The notes below the pieces were generated by a model, which saw only the letters and a list, made by a program, of their open reading frames with translations, searched no databases and was not told the origin of the DNA. Of a stretch of DNA of 64,000 nt, positions 46,900 through 61,800 are shown in pieces. Made by a program: the position numbers and the translations under genes. The stretch's first letter is position 1. Every line of letters starts with the position of its first letter. Source of the stretch: Paragordius varius (Eukaryota > Animalia > Nematomorpha); the NCBI GenBank assembly GCA_964247055.1, contig OZ176053.1, forward strand, positions 868,001-932,000. Direction: 5' to 3'.

Positions 46900-49800
46900 T
46901 TTTAATTTAAAAATTGACTAAAAATGCGCTTATTTTTTAAAAAATCTCCTAAAAATGCGTTTTCCTTTTAAAAAATCACGTAAAAATGTGCTTTTGCCTA
47001 TTTAAAAAATCATAAAAAGCGCTCTCTTTTGAAAAAATATCCTAAAATGCGTTAATCATTAAAAATAAGCTTTTTTATTAAAAAATCCTAAATATGCGGA
47101 TTCTTTTAAAAAATCTCATAAAAGGTTGCTTTTTTAATCAAACAATTATTGAAAATCAGCATTTTCAATAAATCACTAAAAATCGGTTATTTTTGTTTAA
47201 ATTTCGCTAAAAATAAGTTTTCCTTTATTAAAAAATTCCCTAAAAGTACTTCTGCTCATTAAAAAAAGCTTTTTTAAAAAAATCCTAAAAATAAGCTTTC
47301 TTTTATTAAAAAGTCTCCTAAAAATGCGCTTTCTTTTTAAAAAAATATCCTAAAAAGTTAATTTACTAAAAATGCGCTTTCTTTTTAAAAAATCTCCTAA
47401 AAATGCGCTTTCTTTTTAAAAAAATCTCCTAAAAAGTTAATTCACTAAAAATGCGCTTTCTTTTTAAAAAATCTCCTAAAAATGCGCTTTCTTTTTAAAA
47501 AAAATCTCCTAAAAAGTTAATTCACTAAAAATGCGCTCTCTTTTTGAAAAATCTCGTGAAAATGCGCTTTCTTTTTAAAAGATCTTGTAAAAATGCCCTT
47601 TCTTTTTAAAAGATCTCCTAAAAATGCGCTATCTTTTTAAAATATCTCCTAAAAATGCGCTTTCTTTTTAAAAAATCTCCTAAAAATGCGCTTTCTTTTT
47701 TAAAAAATCTCCTAAAAATGTGCATTTTTTTATTGAAAAATATCCTAAAAAGTTAATCGAAAATTATCTAAAAATCGGTAATTTTTATTTACAATTTACT
47801 AAAAATGAGCTTTTTTTAAAAAAATGTCCTAAAAATGCGCGTTCTTTTTAAAAAAAATCGCCTAAAAAGTTAATTCACTAAAAATGCGCTCTCTTTTTGA
47901 AAAATCTCGTGAAAATGCGCTTTCTATTTAAAAGCTCATGAAAATGGGCTTTCTTTTTAAAAGATCTTGTAAAAATGCGCTTTCTTTTTAAAAGATCTCC
48001 TAAAAATGCGCTCTCTTTTTAAAAAAATCTCCTAAAAAGTTAATTCACTAAAAATGCGCTTTTTTTTTAAAAAATCTCCTAAAAATGCGCTTTCTTTTTG
48101 AAAAATCTCGTGAAAATGCGCTTTCTTTTTAAAAGATCTTGTAAAAATGCGCTTTCTTTTTAAAAGATCTTGTAAAAATGCGCTTTCTTTTTAAAAGATC
48201 TCCTAAAAATGCGCTATCTTTTCAAAATATCTCCTAAAAATGCGCTATCTTTTTAAAATATCTCCTAAAAATGCGCTATCTTTTTAAAATATCTCCTAAA
48301 AATGCGCTATCTTTTTAAAATATCTCCTAAAAATGCGCTATCTTTTTAAAAAATCTCCTAAAAATGCGCTTTCTTTTTAAAAAAATCTCCTAAAAAGTTA
48401 ATTCACTAAAAATGCGCTTTCTTTTTAAAAAATCTCTTAAAAATGCGCTTTCTTTTTAAAAAAAATCTCCTAAAAAGTTAATTCACTAAAAATGCGCTCT
48501 CTTTTTGAAAAATCTCGTCAAAATGCGCTTTCTATTTAAAATATCTCCTAAAAATGCGCTATCTTTTTAAAATATCTCCTAAAAATGCGCTATCTTTTTA
48601 AAAAATCTCCTAAAAATGCGCTTTCTTTTTAAAAAAATCTCCTAAAAAGTTAATTCACTAAAAATGCGCTTTCTTTTTAAAAAAAATCTCCTAAAAAGTT
48701 AATTCACTAAAAATGCGCTCTCTTTTTGAAAAATCTCGTGAAAATGCGCTTTCTATTTAAAAGCTCATGAAAATGGGCTTTCTTTTAAAAGATCTTGTAA
48801 AAATGCGCTTTCTTTTTTAAAAAATCTCCTAAAAAGTGAATTCACTAAAAATGCGCTCTCTTTTTGAAAAATCTCGTGAAAATGCGCTTTCTTTTTAAAA
48901 GATCTTGTAAAAATGCGCTTTCTTTTTAAAAGATCTCCTAAAAATGCGCTATCTTTTTAAAATATCTCCTAAAAATGCGCTTTCTTTTTTAAAAAATCTC
49001 CTAAAAAGTTAATTCACTAAAAATGCGCTCTCTTTTTGAAAAATCTCGTGAAAATGCGCTTTCTTTTTAAAAGATCTTGTAAAAATGCGCTTTCTTTTTA
49101 AAAGATCTCCTAAAAATGCGCTATCTTTTTAAAATATCTCCTAAAAATGCGCTTTCTTTTTAAAAAATCTCCTAAAAATGCGCTTTCTTTTTTAAAAAAT
49201 CTCCTAAAAAGTGAATTCACTAAAAATGCGCTCTCTTTTCGAAAAATCTCGTGAAAATGCGCTTTCTTTTTAAAAGATCTCCTAAAAATGCGCTATCTTT
49301 TTAAAATATCTCCTAAAAATGCGCTTTCTTTTTTAAAAAATCTCCTAAAAAGTTAATTCACTAAAAATGCGCTCTCTTTTTGAAAAATCTCGTGAAAATG
49401 CGCTTTCTTTTTAAAAGATCTTGTAAAAATGCGCTTTCTTTTTAAAAGATCTCCTAAAAATGCGCTATCTTTTTAAAATATCTCCTAAAAATGCGCTATC
49501 TTTTTAAAATATCTCCTAAAAATGCGCTTTCTTTTTAAAAAAATCTCCTAAAAATGTGCATTTTTTTATTGAAAAATATCCTAAAAAGTTAATCGAAAAT
49601 TATCTAAAAATCGGTAATTTTTATTTACAATTTACTAAAAATGAGCTTTTTTTAAAAAAATGTCCTAAAAATGCGCGTTCTTTTTAAAAAAAATCTCCTA
49701 AAAAGTTAATTCACTAAAAATGCGCTCTCTTTTTGAAAAATCTCGTGAAAATGCGCTTTCTATTTAAAAGCTCATGAAAATGGGCTTTCTTTTTAAAAGA

Positions 49801-52800
49801 TCTTGTAAAAATGCGCTTTCTTTTTAAAAGATCTCCTAAAAATGCGCTCTCTTTTTAAAAAAATCTCCTAAAAAGTTAATTCACTAAAAATGCGCTTTTT
49901 TTTAAAAAATCTCCTAAAAATGCGCTTTCTTTTTGAAAAATCTCGTGAAAATGCGCTTTCTTTTTAAAAGATCTTGTAAAAATGCGCTTTCTTTTTAAAA
50001 GATCTTGTAAAAATGCGCTTTCTTTTTAAAAGATCTCCTAAAAATGCGCTATCTTTTCAAAATATCTCCTAAAAATGCGCTATCTTTTTAAAATATCTCC
50101 TAAAAATGCGCTATCTTTTTAAAATATCTCCTAAAAATGCGCTATCTTTTTAAAATATCTCCTAAAAATGCGCTATCTTTTTAAAAAATCTCCTAAAAAT
50201 GCGCTTTCTTTTTAAAAAAATCTCCTAAAAAGTTAATTCACTAAAAATGCGCTATCTTTTTAAAATATCTCCTAAAAATGCGCTTTCTTTTTAAAAAATC
50301 TCCTAAAAATGCGCTTTCTTTTTTAAAAAATCTCCTAAAAAGTGAATTCACTAAAAATGCGCTCTCTTTTTGAAAAATCTCGTGAAAATGCGCTTTCTTT
50401 TTAAAAGATCTTGTAAAAATGCGCTTTCTTTTTAAAAGATCTCCTAAAAATGCGCTATCTTTTTAAAATATCTCCTAAAAATGCGCTTTCTTTTTTAAAA
50501 AATCTCCTAAAAAGTTAATTCACTAAAAATGCGCTCTCTTTTTGAAAAATCTCGTGAAAATGCGCTTTCTTTTTAAAAGATCTTGTAAAAATGCGCTTTC
50601 TTTTTAAAAGATCTCCTAAAAATGCGCTATCTTTTTAAAATATCTCCTAAAAATGCGCTATCTTTTTAAAATATCTCCTAAAAATGCGCTATCTTTTTAA
50701 AATATCTCCTAAAAATGCGCTATCTTTTTAAAATATCTCCTAAAAATGCGCTATCTTTTTAAAAAATCTCCTAAAAATGCGCTTTCTTTTTAAAAAAATC
50801 TCCTAAAAAGTTAATTCACTAAAAATGCGCTATCTTTTTAAAATATCTCCTAAAAATGCGCTTTCTTTTTAAAAAATCTCCTAAAAATGCGCTTTCTTTT
50901 TTAAAAAATCTCCTAAAAAGTGAATTCACTAAAAATGCGCTCTCTTTTTGAAAAATCTCGTGAAAATGCGCTTTCTTTTTAAAAGATCTCCTAAAAATGC
51001 GCTATCTTTTTAAAATATCTCCTAAAAATGCGCTTTCTTTTTTAAAAAATCTCCTAAAAAGTTAATTCACTAAAAATGCGCTCTCTTTTTGAAAAATCTC
51101 GTGAAAATGCGCTTTCTTTTTAAAAGATCTTGTAAAAATGCGCTTTCTTTTTAAAAGATCTCCTAAAAATGCGCTATCTTTTTAAAATATCTCCTAAAAA
51201 TGCGCTATCTTTTTAAAATATCTCCTAAAAATGCGCTTTCTTTTTAAAAAAATCTCCTAAAAATGTGCATTTTTTTATTGAAAAATATCCTAAAAAGTTA
51301 ATCGAAAATTATCTAAAAATCGGTAATTTTTATTTACAATTTACTAAAAATGAGCTTTTTTTAAAAAAATGTCCTAAAAATGCGCGTTCTTTTTAAAAAA
51401 AATCTCCTAAAAAGTTAATTCACTAAAAATGCGCTCTCTTTTTGAAAAATCTCGTGAAAATGCGCTTTCTATTTAAAAGCTCATGAAAATGGGCTTTCTT
51501 TTTAAAAGATCTTGTAAAAATGCGCTTTCTTTTTAAAAGATCTCCTAAAAATGCGCTCTCTTTTTAAAAAAATCTCCTAAAAAGTTAATTCACTAAAAAT
51601 GCGCTTTTTTTTAAAAAATCTCCTAAAAATGCGCTTTCTTTTTGAAAAATCTCGTGAAAATGCGCTTTCTTTTTAAAAGATCTTGTAAAAATGCGCTTTC
51701 TTTTTAAAAGATCTCCTAAAAATGCGCTATCTTTTCAAAATATCTCCTAAAAATGCGCTATCTTTTTAAAATATCTCCTAAAAATGCGCTATCTTTTTAA
51801 AATATCTCCTAAAAATGCGCTATCTTTTTAAAAAATCTCCTAAAAATGCGCTTTCTTTTTAAAATATCTCCTAAAAATGCGCTATCTTTTTAAAAAATCT
51901 CCTAAAAATGCGCTTTCTTTTTAAAAAAATCTCCTAAAAAGTTAATTCACTAAAAATGCGCTTTCTTTTTAAAAAATCTCTTAAAAATGCGCTTTCTTTT
52001 TTAAAAAAATCTCCTAAAAAGTTAATTCACTAAAAATGCGCTTTCTTTTTAAAAAATCTCTTAAAAATGCGCTTTCTTTTTAAAAAAAATCTCCTAAAAA
52101 GTTAATTCACTAAAAATGCGCTCTCTTTTTGAAAAATCTCGTCAAAATGCGCTTTCTATTTAAAATATCTCCTAAAAATGCGCTATCTTTTTAAAATATC
52201 TCCTAAAAATGCGCTATCTTTTTAAAAAATCTCCTAAAAATGCGCTTTCTTTTTAAAAAAATCTCCTAAAAAGTTAATTCACTAAAAATGCGCTTTCTTT
52301 TTAAAAAAAATCTCCTAAAAAGTTAATTCACTAAAAATGCGCTCTCTTTTTGAAAAATCTCGTGAAAATGCGCTTTCTATTTAAAAGCTCATGAAAATGG
52401 GCTTTCTTTTAAAAGATCTTGTAAAAATGCGCTTTCTTTTTTAAAAAATCTCCTAAAAAGTGAATTCACTAAAAATGCGCTCTCTTTTTGAAAAATCTCG
52501 TGAAAATGCGCTTTCTTTTTAAAAGATCTTGTAAAAATGCGCTTTCTTTTTAAAAGATCTCCTAAAAATGCGCTATCTTTTTAAAATATCTCCTAAAAAT
52601 GCGCTTTCTTTTTTAAAAAATCTCCTAAAAAGTTAATTCACTAAAAATGCGCTCTCTTTTTGAAAAATCTCGTGAAAATGCGCTTTCTTTTTAAAAGATC
52701 TTGTAAAAATGCGCTTTCTTTTTAAAAGATCTCCTAAAAATGCGCTATCTTTTTAAAATATCTCCTAAAAATGCGCTTTCTTTTTAAAAAATCTCCTAAA

Positions 52801-55800
52801 AATGCGCTTTCTTTTTTAAAAAATCTCCTAAAAAGTGAATTCACTAAAAATGCGCTCTCTTTTCGAAAAATCTCGTGAAAATGCGCTTTCTTTTTAAAAG
52901 ATCTCCTAAAAATGCGCTATCTTTTTAAAATATCTCCTAAAAATGCGCTTTCTTTTTTAAAAAATCTCCTAAAAAGTTAATTCACTAAAAATGCGCTCTC
53001 TTTTTGAAAAATCTCGTGAAAATGCGCTTTCTTTTTAAAAGATCTTGTAAAAATGCGCTTTCTTTTTAAAAGATCTCCTAAAAATGCGCTATCTTTTTAA
53101 AATATCTCCTAAAAATGCGCTATCTTTTTAAAATATCTCCTAAAAATGCGCTTTCTTTTTAAAAAAATCTCCTAAAAATGTGCATTTTTTTATTGAAAAA
53201 TATCCTAAAAAGTTAATCGAAAATTATCTAAAAATCGGTAATTTTTATTTACAATTTACTAAAAATGAGCTTTTTTTAAAAAAATGTCCTAAAAATGCGC
53301 GTTCTTTTTAAAAAAAATCTCCTAAAAAGTTAATTCACTAAAAATGCGCTCTCTTTTTGAAAAATCTCGTGAAAATGCGCTTTCTATTTAAAAGCTCATG
53401 AAAATGGGCTTTCTTTTTAAAAGATCTTGTAAAAATGCGCTTTCTTTTTAAAAGATCTCCTAAAAATGCGCTCTCTTTTTAAAAAAATCTCCTAAAAAGT
53501 TAATTCACTAAAAATGCGCTTTTTTTTAAAAAATCTCCTAAAAATGCGCTTTCTTTTTGAAAAATCTCGTGAAAATGCGCTTTCTTTTTAAAAGATCTTG
53601 TAAAAATGCGCTTTCTTTTTAAAAGATCTTGTAAAAATGCGCTTTCTTTTTAAAAGATCTCCTAAAAATGCGCTATCTTTTCAAAATATCTCCTAAAAAT
53701 GCGCTATCTTTTTAAAATATCTCCTAAAAATGCGCTATCTTTTTAAAATATCTCCTAAAAATGCGCTATCTTTTTAAAATATCTCCTAAAAATGCGCTAT
53801 CTTTTTAAAAAATCTCCTAAAAATGCGCTTTCTTTTTAAAAAAATCTCCTAAAAAGTTAATTCACTAAAAATGCGCTATCTTTTTAAAATATCTCCTAAA
53901 AATGCGCTTTCTTTTTAAAAAATCTCCTAAAAATGCGCTTTCTTTTTTAAAAAATCTCCTAAAAAGTGAATTCACTAAAAATGCGCTCTCTTTTTGAAAA
54001 ATCTCGTGAAAATGCGCTTTCTTTTTAAAAGATCTTGTAAAAATGCGCTTTCTTTTTAAAAGATCTCCTAAAAATGCGCTATCTTTTTAAAATATCTCCT
54101 AAAAATGCGCTTTCTTTTTTAAAAAATCTCCTAAAAAGTTAATTCACTAAAAATGCGCTCTCTTTTTGAAAAATCTCGTGAAAATGCGCTTTCTTTTTAA
54201 AAGATCTTGTAAAAATGCGCTTTCTTTTTAAAAGATCTCCTAAAAATGCGCTATCTTTTTAAAATATCTCCTAAAAATGCGCTATCTTTTTAAAATATCT
54301 CCTAAAAATGCGCTATCTTTTTAAAATATCTCCTAAAAATGCGCTATCTTTTTAAAATATCTCCTAAAAATGCGCTATCTTTTTAAAAAATCTCCTAAAA
54401 ATGCGCTTTCTTTTTAAAAAAATCTCCTAAAAAGTTAATTCACTAAAAATGCGCTATCTTTTTAAAATATCTCCTAAAAATGCGCTTTCTTTTTAAAAAA
54501 TCTCCTAAAAATGCGCTTTCTTTTTTAAAAAATCTCCTAAAAAGTGAATTCACTAAAAATGCGCTCTCTTTTTGAAAAATCTCGTGAAAATGCGCTTTCT
54601 TTTTAAAAGATCTCCTAAAAATGCGCTATCTTTTTAAAATATCTCCTAAAAATGCGCTTTCTTTTTTAAAAAATCTCCTAAAAAGTTAATTCACTAAAAA
54701 TGCGCTCTCTTTTTGAAAAATCTCGTGAAAATGCGCTTTCTTTTTAAAAGATCTTGTAAAAATGCGCTTTCTTTTTAAAAGATCTCCTAAAAATGCGCTA
54801 TCTTTTTAAAATATCTCCTAAAAATGCGCTATCTTTTTAAAATATCTCCTAAAAATGCGCTTTCTTTTTAAAAAAATCTCCTAAAAATGTGCATTTTTTT
54901 ATTGAAAAATATCCTAAAAAGTTAATCGAAAATTATCTAAAAATCGGTAATTTTTATTTACAATTTACTAAAAATGAGCTTTTTTTAAAAAAATGTCCTA
55001 AAAATGCGCGTTCTTTTTAAAAAAAATCTCCTAAAAAGTTAATTCACTAAAAATGCGCTCTCTTTTTGAAAAATCTCGTGAAAATGCGCTTTCTATTTAA
55101 AAGCTCATGAAAATGGGCTTTCTTTTTAAAAGATCTTGTAAAAATGCGCTTTCTTTTTAAAAGATCTCCTAAAAATGCGCTCTCTTTTTAAAAAAATCTC
55201 CTAAAAAGTTAATTCACTAAAAATGCGCTTTTTTTTAAAAAATCTCCTAAAAATGCGCTTTCTTTTTGAAAAATCTCGTGAAAATGCGCTTTCTTTTTAA
55301 AAGATCTTGTAAAAATGCGCTTTCTTTTTAAAAGATCTCCTAAAAATGCGCTATCTTTTCAAAATATCTCCTAAAAATGCGCTATCTTTTTAAAATATCT
55401 CCTAAAAATGCGCTATCTTTTTAAAATATCTCCTAAAAATGCGCTATCTTTTTAAAAAATCTCCTAAAAATGCGCTTTCTTTTTAAAATATCTCCTAAAA
55501 ATGCGCTATCTTTTTAAAAAATCTCCTAAAAATGCGCTTTCTTTTTAAAAAAATCTCCTAAAAAGTTAATTCACTAAAAATGCGCTTTCTTTTTAAAAAA
55601 TCTCTTAAAAATGCGCTTTCTTTTTTAAAAAAATCTCCTAAAAAGTTAATTCACTAAAAATGCGCTCTCTTTTTGAAAAATCTCGTCAAAATGCGCTTTC
55701 TATTTAAAATATCTCCTAAAAATGCGCTCTCTTTTTAAAAAAATCTCCTAAAAAGTTAATTCACTAAAAATGCGCTTTTTTTAAAAAAAATCTCCTAAAA

Positions 55801-58800
55801 ATGCGCTTTCTTTTTGAAAAATCTCGTGAAAATGCGCTTTCTTTTTAAAAGATCTTGTAAAAATGCGCTTTCTTTTTAAAAGATCTTGTAAAAATGCGCT
55901 TTCTTTTTAAAAGATCTCCTAAAAATGCGCTATCTTTTCAAAATATCTCCTAAAAATGCGCTATCTTTTTAAAATATCTCCTAAAAATGCGCTATCTTTT
56001 TAAAATATCTCCTAAAAATGCGCTATCTTTTTAAAAAATCTCCTAAAAATGCGCTTTCTTTTTAAAAAAATCTCCTAAAAATGCGCTCTCTTTTTAAAAA
56101 AATCTCCTAAAAAGTTAATTCACTAAAAATACGCTTTCTTTTTAAAAAATCTCCTAAAAATGCGCTTTCTTTTTTAAAAAATCTCCTAAAAAGTTAATTC
56201 ACTAAAAATGCGCTCTCTTTTTGAAAAATCTCGTGAAAATGCGCCTTCTTTTTAAAAGATCTCGTGATAATGCGCTTTCTTTTTAAAAGATCTCCTAAAA
56301 ATGCGCTATCTTTTTAAAATATCTCCTAAAAAGTGAATTCACTAAAAATGCGCTCTCTTTTTGAAAAATCTCCTAAAAATGCGCTATCTTTTTAAAAAAT
56401 CTCCTAAAAATGCGCTTTCTTTTTAAAAAAATCTCCTAAAAAGTTAATTCACTAAAAATGCGCTTTCTTTTTAAAAAATCTCCTAAAAATGCGCTTTCTT
56501 TTTAAAAAAATCTCCTAAAAAGTTAATTCACTAAAAATGCGCTTTCTTTTTAAAAAAAATCTCCTAAAAAGTTAATTCACTAAAAATGCGCTCTCTTTTT
56601 GAAAAATCTCGTGAAAATGCGCTTTCTATTTAAAAGCTCATGAAAATGGGCTTTCTTTTAAAAGATCTTGTAAAAATGCGCTTTCTTTTTTAAAAAATCT
56701 CCTAAAAAGTGAATTCACTAAAAATGCGCTCTCTTTTTGAAAAATCTCGTGAAAATGCGCTTTCTTTTTAAAAGATCTTGTAAAAATGCGCTTTCTTTTT
56801 AAAAGATCTCCTAAAAATGCGCTATCTTTTTAAAATATCTCCTAAAAATGCGCTATCTTTTTAAAATATCTCCTAAAAATGCGCTTTCTTTTTAAAAAAA
56901 TCTCCTAAAAATGTGCATTTTTTTATTGAAAAATATCCTAAAAAGTTAATCGAAAATTATCTAAAAATCGGTAATTTTTATTTACAATTTACTAAAAATG
57001 AGCTTTTTTTAAAAAAATGTCCTAAAAATGCGCGTTCTTTTTAAAAAAAATCTCCTAAAAAGTTAATTCACTAAAAATGCGCTCTCTTTTTGAAAAATCT
57101 CGTGAAAATGCGCTTTCTATTTAAAAGCTCATGAAAATGGGCTTTCTTTTTAAAAGATCTTGTAAAAATGCGCTTTCTTTTTAAAAGATCTCCTAAAAAT
57201 GCGCTCTCTTTTTAAAAAAATCTCCTAAAAAGTTAATTCACTAAAAATGCGCTTTTTTTTAAAAAATCTCCTAAAAATGCGCTTTCTTTTTGAAAAATCT
57301 CGTGAAAATGCGCTTTCTTTTTAAAAGATCTTGTAAAAATGCGCTTTCTTTTTAAAAGATCTTGTAAAAATGCGCTTTCCTTTTAAAAGATCTCCTAAAA
57401 ATGCGCTATCTTTTCAAAATATCTCCTAAAAATGCGCTATCTTTTTAAAATATCTCCTAAAAATGCGCTATCTTTTTAAAATATCTCCTAAAAATGCGCT
57501 ATCTTTTTAAAAAATCTCCTAAAAATGCGCTTTCTTTTTAAAAAAATCTCCTAAAAAGTTAATTCACTAAAAATGCGCTATCTTTTTAAAATATCTCCTA
57601 AAAATGCGCTTTCTTTTTAAAAAATCTCCTAAAAATGCGCTTTCTTTTTTAAAAAATCTCCTAAAAAGTGAATTCACTAAAAATGCGCTCTCTTTTTGAA
57701 AAATCTCGTGAAAATGCGCTTTCTTTTTAAAAGATCTTGTAAAAATGCGCTTTCTTTTTAAAAGATCTCCTAAAAATGCGCTATCTTTTTAAAATATCTC
57801 CTAAAAATGCGCTTTCTTTTTTAAAAAATCTCCTAAAAAGTTAATTCACTAAAAATGCGCTCTCTTTTTGAAAAATCTCGTGAAAATGCGCTTTCTTTTT
57901 AAAAGATCTTGTAAAAATGCGCTTTCTTTTTAAAAGATCTCCTAAAAATGCGCTATCTTTTTAAAATATCTCCTAAAAATGCGCTATCTTTTTAAAATAT
58001 CTCCTAAAAATGCGCTATCTTTTTAAAATATCTCCTAAAAATGCGCTATCTTTTTAAAATATCTCCTAAAAATGCGCTATCTTTTTAAAAAATCTCCTAA
58101 AAATGCGCTTTCTTTTTAAAAAAATCTCCTAAAAAGTTAATTCACTAAAAATGCGCTATCTTTTTAAAATATCTCCTAAAAATGCGCTTTCTTTTTAAAA
58201 AATCTCCTAAAAATGCGCTTTCTTTTTTAAAAAATCTCCTAAAAAGTGAATTCACTAAAAATGCGCTCTCTTTTTGAAAAATCTCGTGAAAATGCGCTTT
58301 CTTTTTAAAAGATCTCCTAAAAATGCGCTATCTTTTTAAAATATCTCCTAAAAATGCGCTTTCTTTTTTAAAAAATCTCCTAAAAAGTTAATTCACTAAA
58401 AATGCGCTCTCTTTTTGAAAAATCTCGTGAAAATGCGCTTTCTTTTTAAAAGATCTTGTAAAAATGCGCTTTCTTTTTAAAAGATCTCCTAAAAATGCGC
58501 TATCTTTTTAAAATATCTCCTAAAAATGCGCTATCTTTTTAAAATATCTCCTAAAAATGCGCTTTCTTTTTAAAAAAATCTCCTAAAAATGTGCATTTTT
58601 TTATTGAAAAATATCCTAAAAAGTTAATCGAAAATTATCTAAAAATCGGTAATTTTTATTTACAATTTACTAAAAATGAGCTTTTTTTAAAAAAATGTCC
58701 TAAAAATGCGCGTTCTTTTTAAAAAAAATCTCCTAAAAAGTTAATTCACTAAAAATGCGCTCTCTTTTTGAAAAATCTCGTGAAAATGCGCTTTCTATTT

Positions 58801-61800
58801 AAAAGCTCATGAAAATGGGCTTTCTTTTTAAAAGATCTTGTAAAAATGCGCTTTCTTTTTAAAAGATCTCCTAAAAATGCGCTCTCTTTTTAAAAAAATC
58901 TCCTAAAAAGTTAATTCACTAAAAATGCGCTTTTTTTTAAAAAATCTCCTAAAAATGCGCTTTCTTTTTGAAAAATCTCGTGAAAATGCGCTTTCTTTTT
59001 AAAAGATCTTGTAAAAATGCGCTTTCTTTTTAAAAGATCTCCTAAAAATGCGCTATCTTTTCAAAATATCTCCTAAAAATGCGCTATCTTTTTAAAATAT
59101 CTCCTAAAAATGCGCTATCTTTTTAAAATATCTCCTAAAAATGCGCTATCTTTTTAAAAAATCTCCTAAAAATGCGCTTTCTTTTTAAAATATCTCCTAA
59201 AAATGCGCTATCTTTTTAAAAAATCTCCTAAAAATGCGCTTTCTTTTTAAAAAAATCTCCTAAAAAGTTAATTCACTAAAAATGCGCTTTCTTTTTAAAA
59301 AATCTCTTAAAAATGCGCTTTCTTTTTTAAAAAAATCTCCTAAAAAGTTAATTCACTAAAAATGCGCTCTCTTTTTGAAAAATCTCGTCAAAATGCGCTT
59401 TCTATTTAAAATATCTCCTAAAAATGCGCTCTCTTTTTAAAAAAATCTCCTAAAAAGTTAATTCACTAAAAATGCGCTTTTTTTAAAAAAAATCTCCTAA
59501 AAATGCGCTTTCTTTTTGAAAAATCTCGTGAAAATGCGCTTTCTTTTTAAAAGATCTTGTAAAAATGCGCTTTCTTTTTAAAAGATCTTGTAAAAATGCG
59601 CTTTCTTTTTAAAAGATCTCCTAAAAATGCGCTATCTTTTCAAAATATCTCCTAAAAATGCGCTATCTTTTTAAAATATCTCCTAAAAATGCGCTATCTT
59701 TTTAAAATATCTCCTAAAAATGCGCTATCTTTTTAAAAAATCTCCTAAAAATGCGCTTTCTTTTTAAAAAAATCTCCTAAAAATGCGCTCTCTTTTTAAA
59801 AAAATCTCCTAAAAAGTTAATTCACTAAAAATACGCTTTCTTTTTAAAAAATCTCCTAAAAATGCGCTTTCTTTTTTAAAAAATCTCCTAAAAAGTTAAT
59901 TCACTAAAAATGCGCTCTCTTTTTGAAAAATCTCGTGAAAATGCGCCTTCTTTTTAAAAGATCTCGTGATAATGCGCTTTCTTTTTAAAAGATCTCCTAA
60001 AAATGCGCTATCTTTTTAAAATATCTCCTAAAAAGTGAATTCACTAAAAATGCGCTCTCTTTTTGAAAAATCTCCTAAAAATGCGCTATCTTTTTAAAAA
60101 ATCTCCTAAAAATGCGCTTTCTTTTTAAAAAAATCTCCTAAAAAGTTAATTCACTAAAAATGCGCTTTCTTTTTAAAAAATCTCCTAAAAATGCGCTTTC
60201 TTTTTAAAAAAATCTCCTAAAAAGTTAATTCACTAAAAATGCGCTTTCTTTTTAAAAAAAATCTCCTAAAAAGTTAATTCACTAAAAATGCGCTCTCTTT
60301 TTGAAAAATCTCGTGAAAATGCGCTTTCTATTTAAAAGCTCATGAAAATGGGCTTTCTTTTAAAAGATCTTGTAAAAATGCGCTTTCTTTTTTAAAAAAT
60401 CTCCTAAAAAGTGAATTCACTAAAAATGCGCTCTCTTTTTGAAAAATCTCGTGAAAATGCGCTTTCTTTTTAAAAGATCTTGTAAAAATGCGCTTTCTTT
60501 TTAAAAGATCTCCTAAAAATGCGCTATCTTTTTAAAATATCTCCTAAAAATGCGCTATCTTTTTAAAATATCTCCTAAAAATGCGCTTTCTTTTTAAAAA
60601 AATCTCCTAAAAATGTGCATTTTTTTATTGAAAAATATCCTAAAAAGTTAATCGAAAATTATCTAAAAATCGGTAATTTTTATTTACAATTTACTAAAAA
60701 TGAGCTTTTTTTAAAAAAATGTCCTAAAAATGCGCGTTCTTTTTAAAAAAAATCTCCTAAAAAGTTAATTCACTAAAAATGCGCTCTCTTTTTGAAAAAT
60801 CTCGTGAAAATGCGCTTTCTATTTAAAAGCTCATGAAAATGGGCTTTCTTTTTAAAAGATCTTGTAAAAATGCGCTTTCTTTTTAAAAGATCTCCTAAAA
60901 ATGCGCTCTCTTTTTAAAAAAATCTCCTAAAAAGTTAATTCACTAAAAATGCGCTTTTTTTTAAAAAATCTCCTAAAAATGCGCTTTCTTTTTGAAAAAT
61001 CTCGTGAAAATGCGCTTTCTTTTTAAAAGATCTTGTAAAAATGCGCTTTCTTTTTAAAAGATCTTGTAAAAATGCGCTTTCCTTTTAAAAGATCTCCTAA
61101 AAATGCGCTATCTTTTCAAAATATCTCCTAAAAATGCGCTATCTTTTTAAAATATCTCCTAAAAATGCGCTATCTTTTTAAAATATCTCCTAAAAATGCG
61201 CTATCTTTTTAAAATATCTCCTAAAAATGCGCTATCTTTTTAAAAAATCTCCTAAAAATGCGCTTTCTTTTTAAAAAAATCTCCTAAAAAGTTAATTCAC
61301 TAAAAATGCGCTATCTTTTTAAAATATCTCCTAAAAATGCGCTTTCTTTTTAAAAAATCTCCTAAAAATGCGCTTTCTTTTTTAAAAAATCTCCTAAAAA
61401 GTGAATTCACTAAAAATGCGCTCTCTTTTTGAAAAATCTCGTGAAAATGCGCTTTCTATTTAAAAGCTCATGAAAATGGGCTTTCTTTTTAAAAGATCTT
61501 GTAAAAATGCGCTTTCTTTTTAAAATATCTCCTAAAAATGCGCTTTCTTTTTTAAAAAATCTCCTAAAAAGTTAATTCACTAAAAATGCGCTCTCTTTTT
61601 GAAAAATCTCGTGAAAATGCGCTTTCTTTTTAAAAGATCTTGTAAAAATGCGCTTTCTTTTTAAAAGATCTCCTAAAAATGCGCTATCTTTTTAAAATAT
61701 CTCCTAAAAATGCGCTATCTTTTTAAAATATCTCCTAAAAATGCGCTATCTTTTTAAAATATCTCCTAAAAATGCGCTATCTTTTTAAAATATCTCCTAA

